Of a DNA stretch of 64,000 nt, positions 59,222 through 64,000 are shown in pieces; within the stretch, counting starts at the first letter, position 1, and each line of letters opens with the position of its first letter. The notes below the pieces were generated by a model that did not search any database, was not told the DNA's origin, and worked only from the letters and a program-made list of their open reading frames with translations. Made by a program: the position numbers and the translations under genes. The stretch is from Anaeromyxobacter sp. (GTDB lineage: Bacteria; Myxococcota; Myxococcia; Myxococcales; Anaeromyxobacteraceae), in the NCBI GenBank assembly GCA_049840735.1, contig JASGJN010000009.1, positions 1 through 64,000 on the forward strand. Reading direction: 5' to 3'.

Positions 59222-60496
59222 TCACGCCGCGGTCGCCTTTCGCCGGCCGAGCCAGGCCTCCAGGCACCAGAAGAAGCCGGCCAGCAGGACCGCCACCGGG
59301 ACGATCAGCACGGCCCGCCCCAGCGTCGAGTGATCCGAGATCCAGCCGATCATGGGCGGGGAGGGGACGTCGCCCAGCAGGTGGATGGTGAGGATGCTGA
59401 GGGCCACGGCGGTGGCCCGCTCGCCGGGCTTCACCACGTTGACGATCTCGGAGTTGATGGGGCCGGTGGAGGCGAAGAGGAGCAGCTCGGCCAGGATCAC
59501 CGCCGGCAGGTAGATTGAGGGGCTCTCCGCGACGAAGACCACCCAGGCCAGCGGCGCGGCCAGCAGCGCCGCGATCCCGGAGAGCCAGAGGTAGGCCTGC
59601 GCCGAGCGCTTGAGGAGGCGGTCCCCCAGCCAGCCGCCCGCGAAGGTGCCCACGAAGCCGGTCACCACCACGATGGCGCCGAAGAGCACGGTGGCCTGCT
59701 GGGTGGGAACGTTCCGTTCACGCTCGAGGAAGGCCGGCATCCAGAAGGCCATGCCGCCGATGGCGAAGGTGTACGCGGCGTAGCCGATCACCGTGAGCAG
59801 GTAGGTGCGGTTGCGGAGCAGGTCGAGGTAGGTGGCGAGCAGGTTCGGCGGAGGCGCGTGGGCCTCGTCGTGATCCTGGGCGCCGCGCGGAGGGTCCGGC
59901 AGGCGCAGGCAGAGCAGCGCCAGCAGCAGCCCGGGCAGGCCGGCGATGAAGAAGGCGGCGCGCCAGCCCAGGGCGTGCTCCACCAGCCCCCCGATGACGA
60001 ACCCGAGCGCCGAGCCGATGGGGATGGCGCAGAAGAAGAACGCCATCACCCGTCCCCGCAGCGTCTTCGGGTAGAGGTCGGCCAGGAGCCCCGGGGTGAT
60101 GGTGCCGTAGGCGGCCTCGCCCACGCCCACCGCCGCGCGGGCGGCGAAGAGGCCGAGGAAGCTGCGCGCGAAGCCGGCCAGCGCGGTGGCCAGGCTCCAG
60201 ATCAGCACGCCCAGCGCCACCAGCCGCGGGCGGCGCAGCCGGTCTCCCAGCGCGCCGAAGACCGGTGAGGTGAGCATGTAGACCACCACGAAGCCGGTCA
60301 TGAGCAGGCCGGCCTGGGTGTCGCTGAGCCTCAGCTCCGACCGCTTCAGCGGCTCGACCAGCGCCGAGACCACGAAGCGGTCGAGGTAGTTGAAGAGGTT
60401 GACGAGGGTGAGGACCACGAGCGCGCGGCCGGCCGCGCCGACGAGCAGGGACCGTGGGGCCTCGGCGGGGGCGGGGACAGGGGCGGGGACGGGCAT
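59222..60496 (-). CDS. Spinster-like MFS transporter
   Basis: NLFNYLDR, SDTQAGLL, G.LGDR..R, RAAVGVGEA, WRAAF..AG.PG, HLLGD..SP; about 12 hydrophobic helices. Confidence 0.92.
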   Translation of the reverse strand: MPVPAPVPAPAEAPRSLLVGAAGRALVVLTLVNLFNYLDRFVVSALVEPLKRSELRLSDTQAGLLMTGFVVVYMLTSPVFGALGDRLRRPRLVALGVLIWSLATALAGFARSFLGLFAARAAVGVGEAAYGTITPGLLADLYPKTLRGRVMAFFFCAIPIGSALGFVIGGLVEHALGWRAAFFIAGLPGLLLALLCLRLPDPPRGAQDHDEAHAPPPNLLATYLDLLRNRTYLLTVIGYAAYTFAIGGMAFWMPAFLERERNVPTQQATVLFGAIVVVTGFVGTFAGGWLGDRLLKRSAQAYLWLSGIAALLAAPLAWVVFVAESPSIYLPAVILAELLLFASTGPINSEIVNVVKPGERATAVALSILTIHLLGDVPSPPMIGWISDHSTLGRAVLIVPVAVLLAGFFWCLEAWLGRRKATAA

Positions 60497-60598
60497 GGAG
60501 GGCGCAGGATAGCAGCGCGGCAGGGGCCCCGGGGGTGGTGTGCGGCGGGTCGGGTGGCCGCGGACCGTGGCCGCGGATCGGTGGGGTGGCTCCCCGCG

Positions 60599-60865
60599 TC
60601 AGCGCGTCCGCCGCGCCCAGCGCGCCCGGGCCTTCTCCAGCTCGCCCTCGCGCGTCCGGATCACGGTGCGCGCGGTCAGCCCGCCCAGCAGCGCGGTGGT
60701 GGCCTCCGCCACCGCGTCCACCGCCCGCTCGAAGGCGGCGGTGTCGGCGGCGGAGGGGCGGGGCAGCCCGCTCACCTTGCGCACGTACTGCAGCGCGGCG
60801 GCCCGGATCTCGTCGGCCGTGGTGGGCGGATCGAAGTGGTGGAGGACGCGGATGTTGCGGCACAT
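60599..60865 (-). CDS. DUF2277 family protein
   Basis: MCRNI..L..FDPP.T.DEIRAAALQYVRKVSG signature. Confidence 0.9.
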   Translation of the reverse strand: MCRNIRVLHHFDPPTTADEIRAAALQYVRKVSGLPRPSAADTAAFERAVDAVAEATTALLGGLTARTVIRTREGELEKARARWARRTR

Positions 60866-60920
60866 GGGCCGGATCTAGTCCGCGCCCGCGCCGCTGGCAC
60901 GCCCGGCTGGAGCGGGCGCG

Positions 60921-61604
60921 CTACCGCCCGTCGCCGATCCGCCCGGCCGCCGCCCGGGCCAGCAGGGCCAGGCGGGCCAGGCCGTGGCCGGTCAGGAGGC
61001 CGACGAAGCCGGCCGTGCCGAAGGAGCCGAGCAGGATCAGCGCCCCGGCCACCGGGTTGTCGCCGCGGGACGGGAGCGCCGGGAAGACGCCCAGCAGCGA
61101 GAGCAGCGGCCGGCCCAGCTCGCTGGGGCCGGACACCAGCACCAGCAGCGCCATGGCCAGCCCGCCGCAGGCGGCCACGATGGCGTACGCCTCGCCGCCC
61201 AGCTTGAGCCAGGCCGCCGCGACGCCCAGCGCCACGTGCTCGTCGCCGGGCAGCTCCGCCACCTCGCGGGCGCGCAGCCAGCACGCGTGGACCAGGGCGT
61301 AGAACATCACCAGCGTGAGCAGCTGGAAGACGATCAGGCCCACCACCTCGCCGCCCTCCATGCCGCTCGCGTCGCGCCAGGTGAGGAACCACTTGGCCGC
61401 GCCCACCAGCGCCAGGACCGCCGCCGTGGCCTGCAGGACCACCGCCCCCAGCCGCTGCAGCAGGGGCCCGCGGTCGAGCGCCGGCAGGATGCGGCCCATG
61501 AACAGCCAGGCGGTGAGCGGTCCGCCGCTCGAGAGGACGGCGCCGCAGCGGGCGCAGCTCTCGGCGCCGTCGGGGTTGGGGGATCCGCAGAGGCGGCAGT
61601 TCAT
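60921..61604 (-). CDS. Zinc-ribbon membrane protein
   Basis: CRLCG..N......CARCG followed by 4 or more hydrophobic helices. Confidence 0.8.
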   Translation of the reverse strand: MNCRLCGSPNPDGAESCARCGAVLSSGGPLTAWLFMGRILPALDRGPLLQRLGAVVLQATAAVLALVGAAKWFLTWRDASGMEGGEVVGLIVFQLLTLVMFYALVHACWLRAREVAELPGDEHVALGVAAAWLKLGGEAYAIVAACGGLAMALLVLVSGPSELGRPLLSLLGVFPALPSRGDNPVAGALILLGSFGTAGFVGLLTGHGLARLALLARAAAGRIGDGR

Positions 61605-61709
61605 GGCGAGCTCCGGTCAGGGCCGCGGCGCGGCCGGCAGGCGGTTCGGCGTGGGGCCGGGGCGGCCACCCTAGCACGGGGCGGGCTGCGGTGGACCTCG
61701 CCGCAACCG

Positions 61710-62987
61710 TCAGCGGCAGAGTTGCATCCCACCGGCCGCCTCCAGCGCGGCGGCGCGCGAGGCCAGGTGGCCGCCGTCGGTGGTCGGGCTGGTCTGGTCC
61801 CCCTGGCCCGCGCCGAAGGCCACGCCCACCGCGCCGGCGTTGGCCAGCCGGTCGGGGTGATCGAAGAAGTAGTCCAGGCGGTTGTCCCGGTAGTGCTGGG
61901 CGCCGCCGGGCAGGGACATGTTCCCCACCGGCACCTGCCACCAGACCAGGGGCTTCCCCACCGCGACCGCGACCGCCTCGCCCCAGGCCAGGATCTGCTC
62001 GAAGTCGGGCAGCGTGGCGTCTGTGGGATCGAGCCACCTGTTGCTGTACTGCGCGTCGCGATCGGCCAGGTCGGCCACCACCACGTCGCCCTGGCCGGCG
62101 CCGCAGGCGGCCAGGAACGCGCCCACCTTGGTCCCCTCCACCGCCGGGTCCACCGACGGATCCGTGTTGGTGCCCAGGTCGAAGCGGCTGCCCCAGGGCG
62201 AGGCGTGGAGCGCCACCTTGGCCGCGGGCGCGTACTTGCGGACCATGGCGACGTAGCAGCGCCCGAGGCCGGCGATCGAGTCCTCCAGCCCGGCGCAGTC
62301 GGTGGGATTGGCGGTGGCCACCTGGGCCGGGAGCGCGTGCGGGTCGGCGCCGGCGTACTGCGCGTAGCCCCAGAAGTCGGGCTCGACGTGCACCAGCGCC
62401 GGCGCGCTGCCGATCTTCTGCAGGAGGAAGCGGAAGTCGGCCAGGTAGCGCTGCATGAAGGCCAGGTTGCGCGCGGCCTGCGTCACCTCGGGCGTGCCCT
62501 CCTGCACGCCGCTCGACTGGAGGAGCACGTAGTACGTGAACATGGGCAGGAGCCCCTCGCCGGCGCTCGTCGACACGAAGTCGGTCGCGAACTGCCCGGG
62601 CGCCACCTGGTCCCACTGCCAGCAGCCCCACCAGCTGCACCCGCCGCTGGCGTTGGCGCAGGACTGCCCGCCGGAGCTGCAGCTCGAGGCGCAGGAGGCG
62701 CAGGGGCCGGCGCCGTCCGGCAGGCCACCGGCGATGTACTGGTAGCGGAGGTCGAAGCCGGCGCCGGAGGCCACCACGTCGCTGTCGGTGGAGAGGCCGA
62801 TGAGCAGGTGGTCGGGCGCGAAGCCCGGCGCGGCCGCGCCGGCGCAGCTTGTCGGTCCCGTCGGTCCCGTCGGTCCCGTCGGTCCCGTCGGTCCGGTCGG
62901 GCCGGTAGGACCGGTCGGCGGGGTGCTGGCGTCGCCGCAGGCGGCCAGGATGAGCAGGGCGGCCAGCGCGGTGGTGCGGGTCGTCAC
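61710..62987 (-). CDS. Lipoprotein with (GPT)n linker and putative glycoside-hydrolase-like domain
   Basis: LILAAC lipobox; PTG repeats; Cys/Trp-rich loop; HVEPDFWGY; WWQVPVGN. Confidence 0.75.
   Translation of the reverse strand: MTTRTTALAALLILAACGDASTPPTGPTGPTGPTGPTGPTGPTGPTSCAGAAAPGFAPDHLLIGLSTDSDVVASGAGFDLRYQYIAGGLPDGAGPCASCASSCSSGGQSCANASGGCSWWGCWQWDQVAPGQFATDFVSTSAGEGLLPMFTYYVLLQSSGVQEGTPEVTQAARNLAFMQRYLADFRFLLQKIGSAPALVHVEPDFWGYAQYAGADPHALPAQVATANPTDCAGLEDSIAGLGRCYVAMVRKYAPAAKVALHASPWGSRFDLGTNTDPSVDPAVEGTKVGAFLAACGAGQGDVVVADLADRDAQYSNRWLDPTDATLPDFEQILAWGEAVAVAVGKPLVWWQVPVGNMSLPGGAQHYRDNRLDYFFDHPDRLANAGAVGVAFGAGQGDQTSPTTDGGHLASRAAALEAAGGMQLCR
62851..62919. repeat. 9-bp coding tandem repeat (GTCGGTCCC)n encoding Gly-Pro-Thr
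   Basis: Four exact and several degenerate units. Confidence 0.9.
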
Positions 62988-63063
62988 CGGCTGAACATAG
63001 CGTACCCGCGGTGAGGGCGCCGGGGTCGAGCGGGGCGGAGCCGCCGGCGCTAAGGATGAAGGG

Positions 63064-63470
63064 ATGCAGCGTCCTACACCAGCCTCCATCGTCGCGCTGC
63101 TCCTGGCGGGGGTCGCGGCCACCGCCGCGGCGCAGGGTCGCCGGGCCTACCCGGCCGACGCGCGCCCGGTGGACCTGCAGCAGGGGCAGTGCGAAGGCTG
63201 CGACGGCCCGGCGGCCAAGGCCGCGTGCCGCGCCTTCTCGCTCACCGCCGCGCAGGTGCAGGCGCTGCTGCGCGAGGGACGGTTGGTGGGGCCGCCGACG
63301 CGCCGGAGCGCGTCCCCTGCCGCGTCCGCGGCCGGCTGGTCTGGGAGGGCGGCGAGGCCGGGCTCGACGTGGACGCGAACCTGACCGCGCAGCTGACCTT
63401 GCCCGGAGACCGGCAGGTCCTGGTGGCCTGCGAAGGGCCCTGCGCGGCGGCGGTGGCGCGGGCCCGCTGA
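63064..63470 (+). CDS. Small exported Cys-containing hypothetical protein; apparent frameshift near 63295
   Basis: Signal peptide ending AAA; C..F.LT..QV; continues PCRVRGRL...CEGPC in the next frame. Confidence 0.6.
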
Positions 63471-63488
63471 GGCACGCGAACAGGCGGG

Positions 63489-64000
63489 CTAGACGCAGCG
63501 CCAGTACGCGGTGGCCACCAGCGTGCGCCGCTCCTTCACCTCGCTCTTCTTCTTGAGCTCGGCGATGGCGCGATCCTTCTCGGCGTAGCGGGTAGCCTCG
63601 AGCGCGCGCAGGTCGTCCAGCTTGCGCCGGTACTCGCGCTCGGCCCGCTCCAGCAGGGCGCGGCGGTCGCGCAGCGGCAGGTCGCTCTTGTCGCCCAGCG
63701 CGCCGCGGGCGCGCGTCCAGGCGGCGCGCGCGTCCTCGACCGACTTGCGGGGCGCAGCCAGGGCGTCCTCCACCGCGCGGTCCCAGCGGTCGCGCGAGGC
63801 GTCGTAGGTGCTCCCGATCCGCTCCTGCAGGTCGGCCACCAGCCGGGCGTGGAGCGCGCCGAGCGCCTCCTCCTGCGCCTGGCCGATGGAGACGGTCGCG
63901 CCGCGGGGCCCGGCCTTGCTCTCCTCCGCCTGCAGCGTGGCGAAGGCCTCGGCGTCCTCCTGCGACAGCGCGAAGAACCGCTCGCCGTCGAACCAGAGCA
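63489..64000 (-). CDS. C-terminal coiled-coil part of a larger protein, truncated by the window
   Basis: Open frame to the window edge, charged helical sequence; possibly an SNF2-helicase-type tail (unverified). Confidence 0.6.
   Translation of the reverse strand, partial: LWFDGERFFALSQEDAEAFATLQAEESKAGPRGATVSIGQAQEEALGALHARLVADLQERIGSTYDASRDRWDRAVEDALAAPRKSVEDARAAWTRARGALGDKSDLPLRDRRALLERAEREYRRKLDDLRALEATRYAEKDRAIAELKKKSEVKERRTLVATAYWRCV

Overview
Very GC-rich bacterial window whose gene content and style suggest an Anaeromyxobacter-like myxobacterium (inference). In order: the 3' end of an rRNA operon (partial 23S, 5S, terminator); a repeat-rich spacer holding a complete-ended IS66 (22-bp IRs, 8-bp TSD); housekeeping genes (recJ, acuI/yhdH, YHS protein, aspS, CoA transferase, alpha/beta hydrolase); and a ~32-kb sugar-biosynthesis/glycosylation island (15.3-47.3 kb). 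The island has several GTs, seven class I SAM-methyltransferase domains, a B12 radical SAM enzyme, an L-FucNAc/L-QuiNAc trio and a split-transketolase higher-sugar operon. It has no flippase, polymerase or initiating transferase, and sigma54 -24/-12 motifs head most of its transcription units. Next is a candidate undescribed lipid-modification module: DAG-kinase family protein, PAP2-acyltransferase fusion, RPH/PigC-architecture dikinase, a second acyltransferase and a spinster-like MFS. A Tat diheme split-Soret-like cytochrome with a GAFTGA-less regulator sits inside a decayed DUF2277-MFS duplication. Many single-base frameshifts, including three in aspS, point to an error-containing long-read consensus; six of them fall in or beside GATC. 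All calls come from reading motifs by eye; no database searches were run.
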